From contig JBBQZX010000009.1 in NCBI GenBank assembly GCA_038207335.1, positions 64,001 to 128,000 on the forward strand: a DNA stretch of 64,000 nucleotides. Direction: 5' to 3'. This document shows, one piece after another, positions 20,498 through 29,223 of this stretch (positions within the stretch are counted from its first letter, which is position 1; the number at the start of each line of letters is the position of its first letter). A program made the translations under genes and the position numbers. Source of the DNA: Chthoniobacterales bacterium. GTDB taxonomy: Bacteria; Verrucomicrobiota; Verrucomicrobiia; Chthoniobacterales; Chthoniobacteraceae. The notes under the pieces were generated by a model. It saw nothing but the letters and a program-made list of their open reading frames with translations, was not told the origin of the DNA and made no database searches.

Positions 20498-23173
20498 CTA
20501 CGCGGAATTTACGAGGCTTCGAGCGTAGCTGAGTTTGTCGATGTCCGCGGGGGTTTTGTCGCGGCGGATCGCCTTGATTCGGGGGAAGCGCAGCGCGAAG
20601 CCGCTTGCGTGGCGGGCGCTCGGCTGGATGGAGTTGAAGGCGATCTCGAGCACGATCTCGGGGCGGACTTCGCGGTAGCGGCCGCGATCGACGAGCGTCG
20701 TGGATTTGAAATGCTCGGTGAGTTCCTCGATCTCCACGTCAGTGAGCCCAGAGTAGGCCTTTCCGATTGTGAGCAGCGCGTCGGTTTCGTCGTCGCGCAC
20801 GGCGAATGTGTAGTCGCTGAGGACGTGGCTGCGTTTGCCGTGGCCCATCTCCGCGCCGACCACGACGACATCGAGCGTCGCGAGTTCTTTCTTAAATTTG
20901 ATCCACGCGAGGCCGCGCCGTCCGGGCGCGTAAATGCTCGCAAGGTCTTTGAGCATGAGTCCTTCATTACCGCGTTGCCGGGCTCCGGTGAAGGCCGCGT
21001 CAATGTCCGCGACGCCTCGGATTTCGTGGATCGGGGCGAGTTCGAGGCCGGCCGGGAAGGTGAGCGATTTGAGTGTTTTGCGGCGCTCCCGGAGCGGCTG
21101 CTTCAGCAGCGAAATGCCGTCGAGATGCAGCAGATCGAACGCTTTGAAGATGACGGGGATGTCGCTGCTTCCGAGGAAGAGATCATCGTCGGTTTTTCGC
21201 CCGAGACGTTTTTGCAGGTCGAAAAAGGTGAGCTTTTTCCCCGACTCGAATGCCAAGATTTCGCCGTCGAAAATCGCCTCGTGCGGGAATGCGCGCGCCG
21301 CACGGACGACCTCAGCGAATTGACCGGTCACGCGCTTTAGATCTCGCGTGAATATCTCCACGCGTCCGCCGCCGACGTGCAGATGAGCGCGGATGCCGTC
21401 GAATTTATCCTCGGCCCAATGCGGGCTGCCGGACTCCGCGATCCGGCACCACGCCGCTTGGGCGCTTGGTTCCGGGCTCGCGAGCATGACTTTGATTGGG
21501 CGAAAAATGCGCAGCGTCGCGCGGTCGAGTTCGCGGTGGGAGGCGAGGCGCGCGGTCTCGCCGATGTCGCCGAGGAGCATATTCGCCTCGCGCACTTCGT
21601 CGGCGCTCGTGGCGAACGCGACGGCGATCGCTTCCTCGACGAGTCCTTCTTTCAAGCCGATCCTCAGGTCGCCCGTGACGATGCGGACGACATAGCTCGC
21701 CTCGATCGGTGTGAGCGCGGCTAGCCGCTTTTGGAGCAGCTCGGTTTTGGCGAGTGGGCCCCCCGCGCGTTCGAGGTTGTCGAAAAACGCGCGAGATTCG
21801 ACTAGGGAGAATGGCGCGGGCGCGGTGCGGTCGAGCAGGATTTCAAATGCGACTTTTCCAGCATCGGCGTGCATCCGGGAGATTTCGCGGAGCTGTGCCT
21901 CGCTGGTTTTGCTGACTGCGAGGAGCGCGCGTTTAATCACGGCCCAGCCGGTCTGCAATGTCCGCGGATCGGCTTGAGCAAAGGCGCGGCCGGTGAGAAA
22001 TGTCGCGGCGATGGGGAGCTGCCACGCGTCGAGCGTGCGAAAATAGGCGCTGAGGGATTCGATCTTTTTGAACTTTGAGGGAGTAGCGGCGATTTGGTCG
22101 CAGAGGGTTGCGAATGCGTGGAATTGGGAGGCAAGGACGGGGTTTGGCCCTGCAGGCTTTTCGAGGGACGGCGTGCTGGAAGCCTGTGTCACGGCGCGGA
22201 GTGAGAGCTCCATTTGATTTTCCTCGCTCAGAGCCCATGCCTCGATGCCGCGCTCGCGGAGGTCGCGCGCGAAGGCAGCGGCGAAGCCGTGAAGCGTGAG
22301 AACGCGAGCGGGCTGGACGAGTTCGACGTATCTGAGCAAGTCGGGGTAGTCGGCGTGATCCGTGAGCGGAAAGGCGGCATCCACTTGATGCCGAAACATT
22401 GCGCCCGGATCGAGCGCCCAGCCAGTCAGCACGGCGGTGCGGCGTTTCTTGATTTTCGTCACCATCAGCGAGCGGTTCGTGCTCGGCGGACAGACAAGTA
22501 CCTTTCCCGAGACCTCTCCGGCGGCGTAGCGGACGTAGCCTGCCGGGAAGTCCGGCTGGAGTTGGCGGTAGATTTCCGTCATCCGAAACACGGATGAGTG
22601 CAACATCGGCGTGAGCCCCGCTCGGAGCAGCGCGCAGAGGATTTCCTGCGACTTGCCAAGCGAGTATCCGAGCAGGACAGGCACCGCATTTTCCTCCAGT
22701 GCATCGCGGCAAAACTCGACCATGTGCGCGAGCGTCTGCTCGGTCGGCGGCATTCGATATTTCGGCAAGCCGTAGGTCGTCTCCATGATGAGCGTCTCGG
22801 CGTGGCAGGTCTCCGCCTTCTCGGCGGAGAGGCTTGGGCGCAGCTTGAAGTCGCCGCTGTAGAGCAGCGAGCCCGCGTCGGTCTCGAGAAAAAGCTGCGC
22901 CGAACCGAAGATGTGGCCGGCCGGGAGAAGCGTCATGCGCATTCCGCGGACAACCGTCGGCATGCGAAAATCGAGCACATTTTCTACGCGCTCGCCGGAG
23001 AGCCGCGCTTGCATGAGTCGCGCGGTGCCAGCGCTGGCGATGATTTCCGCGTGCTTCGCTATGTGGTCGCTGTGTGCGTGCGAGACGAATGCGAGCGGCT
23101 TTGCATCCCACGGATCGAGCCAGAGATCCGTCGCAGGAAGATGAATGCCGCGGTGATATTTGACGTCGATCAT
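20498..23173 (-). CDS. Fusion of MBL/beta-CASP exonuclease and ATP-dependent DNA ligase
   Basis: N-terminal SHAHSDH, AGHIFGS, YSGDF and DHAD; ligase EDKFDGIR (KxDG), FDGE, EGLMLK, WIKFK and LRFPRI. Confidence 0.92.
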   Translation of the reverse strand: MIDVKYHRGIHLPATDLWLDPWDAKPLAFVSHAHSDHIAKHAEIIASAGTARLMQARLSGERVENVLDFRMPTVVRGMRMTLLPAGHIFGSAQLFLETDAGSLLYSGDFKLRPSLSAEKAETCHAETLIMETTYGLPKYRMPPTEQTLAHMVEFCRDALEENAVPVLLGYSLGKSQEILCALLRAGLTPMLHSSVFRMTEIYRQLQPDFPAGYVRYAAGEVSGKVLVCPPSTNRSLMVTKIKKRRTAVLTGWALDPGAMFRHQVDAAFPLTDHADYPDLLRYVELVQPARVLTLHGFAAAFARDLRERGIEAWALSEENQMELSLRAVTQASSTPSLEKPAGPNPVLASQFHAFATLCDQIAATPSKFKKIESLSAYFRTLDAWQLPIAATFLTGRAFAQADPRTLQTGWAVIKRALLAVSKTSEAQLREISRMHADAGKVAFEILLDRTAPAPFSLVESRAFFDNLERAGGPLAKTELLQKRLAALTPIEASYVVRIVTGDLRIGLKEGLVEEAIAVAFATSADEVREANMLLGDIGETARLASHRELDRATLRIFRPIKVMLASPEPSAQAAWCRIAESGSPHWAEDKFDGIRAHLHVGGGRVEIFTRDLKRVTGQFAEVVRAARAFPHEAIFDGEILAFESGKKLTFFDLQKRLGRKTDDDLFLGSSDIPVIFKAFDLLHLDGISLLKQPLRERRKTLKSLTFPAGLELAPIHEIRGVADIDAAFTGARQRGNEGLMLKDLASIYAPGRRGLAWIKFKKELATLDVVVVGAEMGHGKRSHVLSDYTFAVRDDETDALLTIGKAYSGLTDVEIEELTEHFKSTTLVDRGRYREVRPEIVLEIAFNSIQPSARHASGFALRFPRIKAIRRDKTPADIDKLSYARSLVNSA

Positions 23174-23254
23174 GCAATGCGAATTCTCATTTTAAAAACG
23201 GGCGCGCGAACCGCGATGCGTGCAGCAAAAAGTTCCGTGGCCGAGTTGGAAAAA

Positions 23255-23284
23255 TTGACACCCGAATGCGCACAGGCGTAGTTT
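23255..23284 (+). promoter_or_regulatory. Sigma70-like promoter TTGACA-N18-TAGTTT
   Basis: Perfect -35 at 23255-23260 and -10-like box at 23279-23284, ending 10 nt before the ATG at 23295. Confidence 0.5.
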
Positions 23285-23294
23285 TTGCCGTCTC

Positions 23295-23804
23295 ATGAAA
23301 CGACTCCCGATCGGGCTGGTTTCGCTCGCGCTTCTTGCGGCAAATCTTTCTGCGGAACCCGCCCATCTTTTGCAAAAAGCGAATGTGCTGCCGCTCGCGC
23401 TGGACGATGCGTTCCAATTTCGCAAAACGAAGACGCAGCTCAACGACCCGAAAACCAACAAGCCGACGCTCGACCCGCAAATTGCGTTCGACCGCGCGCG
23501 GCTGAATTTCGGAGCGATCACGCAGGTTGATCGGCAGGAGCGTTACGGGCATTATTTCACCTTTTACTGGCGCGCCAACCGGAAGGCGGACGTGACGGTG
23601 CGGTTGGAGTATCGGCAGGAAAACCTCGGGGCATACGTGCAGGCGCAGGAGAAGACTTACACGGGGGCGAAGGGGACAATGACGACTGAATTCAAGGTGA
23701 TCGGCGACGACTATAATACGGATGGGAAAATCACCGCATGGCGCGCGGTGATTATCGAAAATGGGAAGATCGTCGCGTTGAATCAGTCGTTTCTCTGGAA
23801 CTGA
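23295..23804 (+). CDS. Secreted conserved hypothetical protein
   Basis: Signal peptide MKRLPIGLVSLALLAANLSA; ends SFLWN; coding-like composition. Confidence 0.7.
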   Translation: MKRLPIGLVSLALLAANLSAEPAHLLQKANVLPLALDDAFQFRKTKTQLNDPKTNKPTLDPQIAFDRARLNFGAITQVDRQERYGHYFTFYWRANRKADVTVRLEYRQENLGAYVQAQEKTYTGAKGTMTTEFKVIGDDYNTDGKITAWRAVIIENGKIVALNQSFLWN

Positions 23805-23902
23805 TTACATGCAAAAAGCCGCCCACATCTGTATTGTCTCTGAGTCTAAAAATCTTCTATCGGCCGCACTCGTCGGTGCCGCCCGCTAAAGCACTTCGCC
23901 TC

Positions 23903-24409
23903 TTGACCACACAAAGCTCCATCCTCGTCGGCACGACTGGCCGCACTGTCTCGGTGCGAGTGGAGGGGAAGGGTTCGTTTTTGAATAGCACGGGGCTGAA
24001 GGATTTTGCGAAGGAGATGACGAATCGCGGCTTCCGCGAATTTGAGGTGGACTTGTGCAGGTGCCCTGTCATGGACTCGACGTTCATGGGGACGATGGCG
24101 GGCATCGCTCTGCGGCTGCGCGAGATCGGTTCGGGATGGCTGCGTGTCATCAATCTCAACGACCGTAACCGCGACTTGCTCACCAATCTCGGGCTCGATC
24201 AGCTTTTTACCATTGCCGCCAAGTCCGCGGAACCGGTCGCTGCGCCCGCCGAGAAGCCGCTGGAAATGCCCGCGGTCGAGGACAAAACCGCGCGGGCCGA
24301 GACGATGCTCGCGGCCCACGAAGCCTGTGTGGAAGCCAATCCTGAGAACGCGGCGAAATTCAAGGACGTGCTCGAGTATTTGAAGCAGGACCTGCATTTG
24401 GCGCGGTGA
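23903..24409 (+). CDS. STAS domain anti-sigma factor antagonist
   Basis: Probable TTG start; VDL..C..MDSTFMG phospho-acceptor motif; LGLDQLF. Confidence 0.85.
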   Translation: MTTQSSILVGTTGRTVSVRVEGKGSFLNSTGLKDFAKEMTNRGFREFEVDLCRCPVMDSTFMGTMAGIALRLREIGSGWLRVINLNDRNRDLLTNLGLDQLFTIAAKSAEPVAAPAEKPLEMPAVEDKTARAETMLAAHEACVEANPENAAKFKDVLEYLKQDLHLAR

Positions 24410-24415
24410 TTCGGG

Positions 24416-25747
24416 ATGTGGGCCGCGTTCTTTTTTGGGTTGTTCGCGGCGACGGCGATCGGTGCGGTGATCGTGTATCGTCGGCAGGAGCGGCGCATCG
24501 TGGGGCTGGAAAAAGCGCGAGATCGGATCGAACTCGAGGAATCGCGGGTCTTTGATTTTTTCCATGGGCTCGGAGCCGCGGTGTCGGAGGACACGCGACC
24601 GCACGACCTGCACCGGCTCATCGTCGAGGGGGCGATACGCATCCTGGATGGGACCTCGGGTGCGGTCTATTTAGCGGAAAAAAAGAGCGAGCAACTCCGG
24701 CCGGAGTTCGTGTCGAAAGGCTGCCCGATGTTCGTCGAACTCATCGCGACGGCATGGAAAGAAGGCGAGCCACTTCTCCTGAACGACGACCCGCGGCTCG
24801 GACGCGAGGGACCGCTGCGACCGGCGTCCGCGATGGTAAGTCCGCTGATCTACGGAGCGCAAAAACTTGGGCTGCTCGTCGTCTCGCGAAAGGCAGGGAA
24901 CGACCCTTTTCCCGCGAGCAGCTTCGCGATTTTCAAGTGCATCGCCGAGCAATCGGCGTTCGCGCTTTACAACGCATTCATCTTCGCCGAGGCGGCAGAG
25001 AAGAAGCGGCTCGACCAGGATTTGCAGGTCGCGCACGAGATACAGCGCATCCTGCTGCCCACGAATGCGCCGGATGTCGCGGGGTATCAAATCAGCGGAA
25101 TTAACATCCCGGCGCGGCAGGTCAGCGGCGACTACTACGACTACATCGACATCGACGAGCAGCATTGCGGCGTGGCCATCGCGGACGTGTCGGGAAAAGG
25201 TGTGCCGGCGTCGCTCATCATGGCGATGTGCCGGAGCGTACTGCGGTCAAAGGCGGCAGGGCAGCATTCCTCGGCGCTCGTGCTGCAGCAGGTGAACGAG
25301 CAACTTTTTCCCGACATCCGGGAAGATATGTTCATCAGCATGGCCTACGCGGTTCTCGACCGCGAATCGCCGGCGATCACGCTCTGCCGCGCGGGGCACG
25401 ACGCGCCGCTGCTCTACTCCGCTCGGGAGAAGACGATCTCGAAAATCAACCCGCCCGGCATGGCTCTGGGCATTGACAGCGGAGGTGTCTTCAATAGGGT
25501 TACCGCCGATTTTTCCCTTACGCTCGAGCCCAACGACTGCCTCATCCTTTACACCGACGGCGTGACCGAGGCGCTCGACAAGCATGGGATGGAATTCGGC
25601 ATGGAGAACATGATTCAGTCGATTCTCTCGAGCGCTTCCGAAGGCGCGGCGAGGATCGTCTCGAAGCTGACCGACGATTTGCACGAATTCGTCGGCGCAT
25701 ACCCGCAGCACGACGACATAACTTTGATAGTGATTCGAAAAAAATGA
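24416..25747 (+). CDS. Membrane-anchored GAF + SpoIIE/PP2C (RsbU-like) phosphatase
   Basis: N-terminal TM; AHEIQRILLP, VSGDYYD, IADVSGKG, AGH, YTDGVTE and DDITL motifs. Confidence 0.9.
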   Translation: MWAAFFFGLFAATAIGAVIVYRRQERRIVGLEKARDRIELEESRVFDFFHGLGAAVSEDTRPHDLHRLIVEGAIRILDGTSGAVYLAEKKSEQLRPEFVSKGCPMFVELIATAWKEGEPLLLNDDPRLGREGPLRPASAMVSPLIYGAQKLGLLVVSRKAGNDPFPASSFAIFKCIAEQSAFALYNAFIFAEAAEKKRLDQDLQVAHEIQRILLPTNAPDVAGYQISGINIPARQVSGDYYDYIDIDEQHCGVAIADVSGKGVPASLIMAMCRSVLRSKAAGQHSSALVLQQVNEQLFPDIREDMFISMAYAVLDRESPAITLCRAGHDAPLLYSAREKTISKINPPGMALGIDSGGVFNRVTADFSLTLEPNDCLILYTDGVTEALDKHGMEFGMENMIQSILSSASEGAARIVSKLTDDLHEFVGAYPQHDDITLIVIRKK

Positions 25748-26271
25748 GCAATCCAACAACCGACGAACCGACCGCGAACCCTGATGAATTCAACGATGCG
25801 AGCCTGACCGAGGATTCGTTGCTGGAGAAATTGCAGGCCGATCTCGATCGTTTCCGCGACCACGCGCTGAGGACCCAGGCCGACTTCGACAATTTCCGCA
25901 AAAGGGCTGCGCGTGAGAAAGAGGACGCGGTGAAATATTCGAACAGCTCGCTGCTTGAGCGGCTCATTCCGATCCTCGACAATTTCGAACTCGGGCTCGG
26001 TGCGGCGCGGGCGAGCGGCGAAAATTCGCCGATCCTGCAGGGGATGGACATGGTGTCGAAACAGCTCGCCGATTTTCTCACGCAGAGCGGTGTCGAGCCG
26101 GTGAATGCGGAGGGGGTGAAGTTCGATCCGAATCTGCACGAGGCGGTGGCCCAGGAGGCGAGCGTGAGCGTGCCCGAGGGGGTCATTTTGCGGCAGCTTC
26201 GGCGGGGATTTAAGCTGAAGGATCGACTGCTCAGGCCAGCGACGGTTGTGGTTTCGAAGGGCGCGGAGTAA
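25744..26271 (+). CDS. grpE: Nucleotide exchange factor GrpE
   Basis: [27 protein letters not shown] and [16 protein letters not shown] motifs. Confidence 0.96.
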   Translation: MSNPTTDEPTANPDEFNDASLTEDSLLEKLQADLDRFRDHALRTQADFDNFRKRAAREKEDAVKYSNSSLLERLIPILDNFELGLGAARASGENSPILQGMDMVSKQLADFLTQSGVEPVNAEGVKFDPNLHEAVAQEASVSVPEGVILRQLRRGFKLKDRLLRPATVVVSKGAE

Positions 26272-26336
26272 CTCAAAAACGGGAGCGGTTTCGGCGGCGT
26301 TCAGAATGCCGTGCGGGACGTTTTCGATCGATCAAC

Positions 26337-27512
26337 ATGGCCACAATTAAGCGCGATTATTACGAAGTTTTGGAGGTTGTCCGCACAGCAAACGGGGAAG
26401 AACTGAAGCGTTCCTATCGCAAGCTCGCGGTAAAATTTCACCCGGATAAAAACCCGGGCGACCACACGGCGGAGGAGAAATTCAAGGAACTTGGCGAGGC
26501 TTACGACATCCTGATGGATGAACAAAAGCGCGCGGCATACGACCGTTACGGGCACGCGGCATTTGCGCAGGGGACGGCGGGCGCGCGCGGGGGGGGCGGC
26601 GCTGGCGGGCACGATCCGTTCGATATTTTTCGCGAAGTCTTCGGCGCTGCGGGCGGCGGCGGAGGTGGTGGAGCCGGCGGAATTTTCGAGCAGTTTTTTG
26701 GCGGCGGCGGACAACGCGCGGCGGACCGCGATGGCAAGCAACGCGGATCGGATTTGCGCTACGACATGCAAATCCGGCTCGAGGAAGCGGCGTTTGGCTG
26801 TGACAAGGAGATTGAGGTGTCCAAGCTCGAGGGGTGCTCGGCCTGCCAGGGGACGGGTGCGGAATCGGGCTCGAAGGCGGTGACTTGCCCGGGGTGCAAC
26901 GGACGCGGCCAGGTGATCAGTTCGCGCGGATTTTTCCAGGTTTCGCAGACCTGCACGCGCTGCCGTGGGACGGGCCAGGTGATCGAAAAGCCGTGTCGCA
27001 AGTGCGGCGGCGAGGGACGCGCGGAGGCGCCGACGCGGATTAAGCTGAAGATCCCGGCGGGGATCGAGGACGGGTCACGGCTGCGGAGTTCGCGCAATGG
27101 CGAGGCGGGGATTCGTGGCGGCGCGCCGGGCGATCTTTACGTAGTGATCCATGTGAAAGAGCACGAGGTTTTCGAGCGCGATGGCGAGGCGCTGTTTTGT
27201 CAGGTCCCGGTTGCCTTCACGACGGCGGCGCTCGGCGGAGAGATTCAGGTGCCGACGCTGGAGGGGAAGGCGCAGCTCAAAATTCCGGCGGGAACACAGG
27301 GCGGGACGGCTTTCAAGCTGCGAGGGAAGGGGATGCCGGTTCTGAATTCCGCGCATCGCGGCGACCTCGTCGTGCATGTGGCGGTCGAGGTGCCGAGCAA
27401 GCTAAACGGCGAGCAGCGCAAAAAGCTGGAGGAACTCGCGGAGCTGATGGGCGACGACAACACGCCGCTGCACAAGTCGTTCTTCGAGAAGGCGAAGGAT
27501 TTCTTCGGGTAG
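26337..27512 (+). CDS. dnaJ: Molecular chaperone DnaJ
   Basis: J domain with HPD, G/F-rich region and four CxxCxGxG repeats. Confidence 0.97.
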   Translation: MATIKRDYYEVLEVVRTANGEELKRSYRKLAVKFHPDKNPGDHTAEEKFKELGEAYDILMDEQKRAAYDRYGHAAFAQGTAGARGGGGAGGHDPFDIFREVFGAAGGGGGGGAGGIFEQFFGGGGQRAADRDGKQRGSDLRYDMQIRLEEAAFGCDKEIEVSKLEGCSACQGTGAESGSKAVTCPGCNGRGQVISSRGFFQVSQTCTRCRGTGQVIEKPCRKCGGEGRAEAPTRIKLKIPAGIEDGSRLRSSRNGEAGIRGGAPGDLYVVIHVKEHEVFERDGEALFCQVPVAFTTAALGGEIQVPTLEGKAQLKIPAGTQGGTAFKLRGKGMPVLNSAHRGDLVVHVAVEVPSKLNGEQRKKLEELAELMGDDNTPLHKSFFEKAKDFFG

Positions 27513-27529
27513 CTGTCGCCGCCGACAAT

Positions 27530-28429
27530 TCAGCTCGCGTAGAAGCGGCGCGAAACGGCACGGCTGATTGGCCACATCGCGAGCAAAAGGCTCGCGAAGA
27601 TGAGGCCCATGCCGCCGGTGTGAGCGCACCATGCGGCTTGGAGGAAAAGCATCAGCCGGATGAATCGGCCGATTGCAGGCGGGACTGGCACGGTGGGATC
27701 GCGCGTGAGTTTCCATGCGACGAGCGCGCTGAAAAGGAGCGCGAGCGCTAGAATGGCGCGCATGGCGATGGCACCGATGAAGGCATCCGCGGGGCGACCG
27801 ATCCGCTCCCAATTCAGCGTGAAAGCGAGGCCCGCTAGCAGCACGGCGGACGGGAGCCACTTGGCCGCGAATGGGGTTGCACGCTTGGTCTCGAAGCGGG
27901 CGAGATGCGTGATCGCGGCGATGAAAAGGCCCGTGACGATCGCTGCGGTGATCGCTTCGTCGGGGATGATCCGACTCGGCGCGGCGGCTGCGCCGAGGAG
28001 CAGACTGAGCGCGCGGCAGAGGCCCATGTTTAGCGCGCCAATGACTGGCAGGCGCTTGGTCGCGCGGTTGTAAAAAAGGACGCTCGCGACGATGCCGATG
28101 CCGATTTTAAATACCAGTGTCCCAAGCGCCGCACACGCGGTGAGCCCGAGAAAGCAGAGCACGACCACCACCACGGACACGACGCCCGCGTGTGCCGCGC
28201 CGCTCGGGAGCGGACGGCTGGGCCGCTCGGCGCGATCTTCCGCGAGATCGGCGAGGTCGTTGTCGAGGAGGCCGGCGGCGTAAAAGCACAGGCTCGCGGC
28301 GATCACCGGCAGCGCGTCGAGCGTGAGCACGCCGAAATTCGCGAGCAAAAATCCCGCGAGCGGGTCGCCGGGCACCGTGAAGAGATTCGGCGCGCGGAAG
28401 AGTTGGAGCCATGCGCGGAGCTTTTGCAT
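27530..28429 (-). CDS. UbiA family prenyltransferase (EboC-like)
   Basis: RAPNLFTVPGD, NDLADLAEDRAERPSRPLPSG, YN and MGLCR motifs; multiple TM helices. Confidence 0.87.
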   Translation of the reverse strand: MQKLRAWLQLFRAPNLFTVPGDPLAGFLLANFGVLTLDALPVIAASLCFYAAGLLDNDLADLAEDRAERPSRPLPSGAAHAGVVSVVVVVLCFLGLTACAALGTLVFKIGIGIVASVLFYNRATKRLPVIGALNMGLCRALSLLLGAAAAPSRIIPDEAITAAIVTGLFIAAITHLARFETKRATPFAAKWLPSAVLLAGLAFTLNWERIGRPADAFIGAIAMRAILALALLFSALVAWKLTRDPTVPVPPAIGRFIRLMLFLQAAWCAHTGGMGLIFASLLLAMWPISRAVSRRFYAS

Positions 28430-28474
28430 TTAATTGGTTCGGCGGACGCGCGGCTCACAAGCCGGAGGCTTGCG

Positions 28475-29116
28475 CTACTTCTTCTGCGTCTCGCCGAATT
28501 CCGCCCACAGCTCATCCAGCGGCTTCCCGCACAGTTTCTCGAAAAGCTCGGGCGTGTAGGTCTTGTTTGCGGAGGCGTCGTTCAGCTCGCGGATGATGTC
28601 CTTGTCCTTCTCCGCCTCCAGCCACGTCAGGAACGTCCCGCTGAGATTATACCCCCCCTTGTAGCTGCTCTTCTCATCGAAGCGAAAGTGCCGCACGCCC
28701 GGCTCGAACTTCGCATCGCGCACATACTCCGCGATCGCCTCCGTCAGCCAGCCAGCCCCTCCGTGGGCGTAGTTCTGCACGACGTGTGTGAGCTCGTGGA
28801 TTACCATCCCGTAGTCATTCGGCGCGCGCGCGATCCACTGCGACGCGATGTGGATGCCGTCGCCGCTCGTGTATGCCACGCCCTTCATCGGCGCGAATTT
28901 GAGCCGCACCACATCCGTCGGCAGCTTGTGCTCCGGCCCGTAGAGCATCTCGTTGATCTTCGGATACCACTCCTCGCACAGCGTCTTGGCCTTCGCGGCA
29001 AAAGTCTCGCACTCGGGAGCCTCCGTCGTGTCGGTCTCGACGCGGAAAGCCGGTTCTGCGCGTAGCGCGGCGGTGGAGAGGAGCAGGGTGGCGAGCAGCA
29101 AGGGCGGGAGTTTCAC
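28475..29116 (-). CDS. Secreted basic secretory protein (BSP) family zinc metallopeptidase
   Basis: Signal peptide (GTG start at 29116); GVAYT, HELTHVVQ and WLTEAIAEYVR motifs. Confidence 0.85.
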   Translation of the reverse strand: MKLPPLLLATLLLSTAALRAEPAFRVETDTTEAPECETFAAKAKTLCEEWYPKINEMLYGPEHKLPTDVVRLKFAPMKGVAYTSGDGIHIASQWIARAPNDYGMVIHELTHVVQNYAHGGAGWLTEAIAEYVRDAKFEPGVRHFRFDEKSSYKGGYNLSGTFLTWLEAEKDKDIIRELNDASANKTYTPELFEKLCGKPLDELWAEFGETQKK

Positions 29117-29223
29117 GGGGCGGATCAAAATCGCGCATAGCGGGAATGTCGCGAGCAAAGTGCGGACGCACGCACAGCTCCGGCATTGTCACCTTTCTCA
29201 AAACCGCGTTCCCTTCCCACGCC

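Noticed and set aside
27530..28429. Complete ebo (eboA-F) cluster
   Set aside because: Only the UbiA-like gene is present; its neighbours are unrelated.
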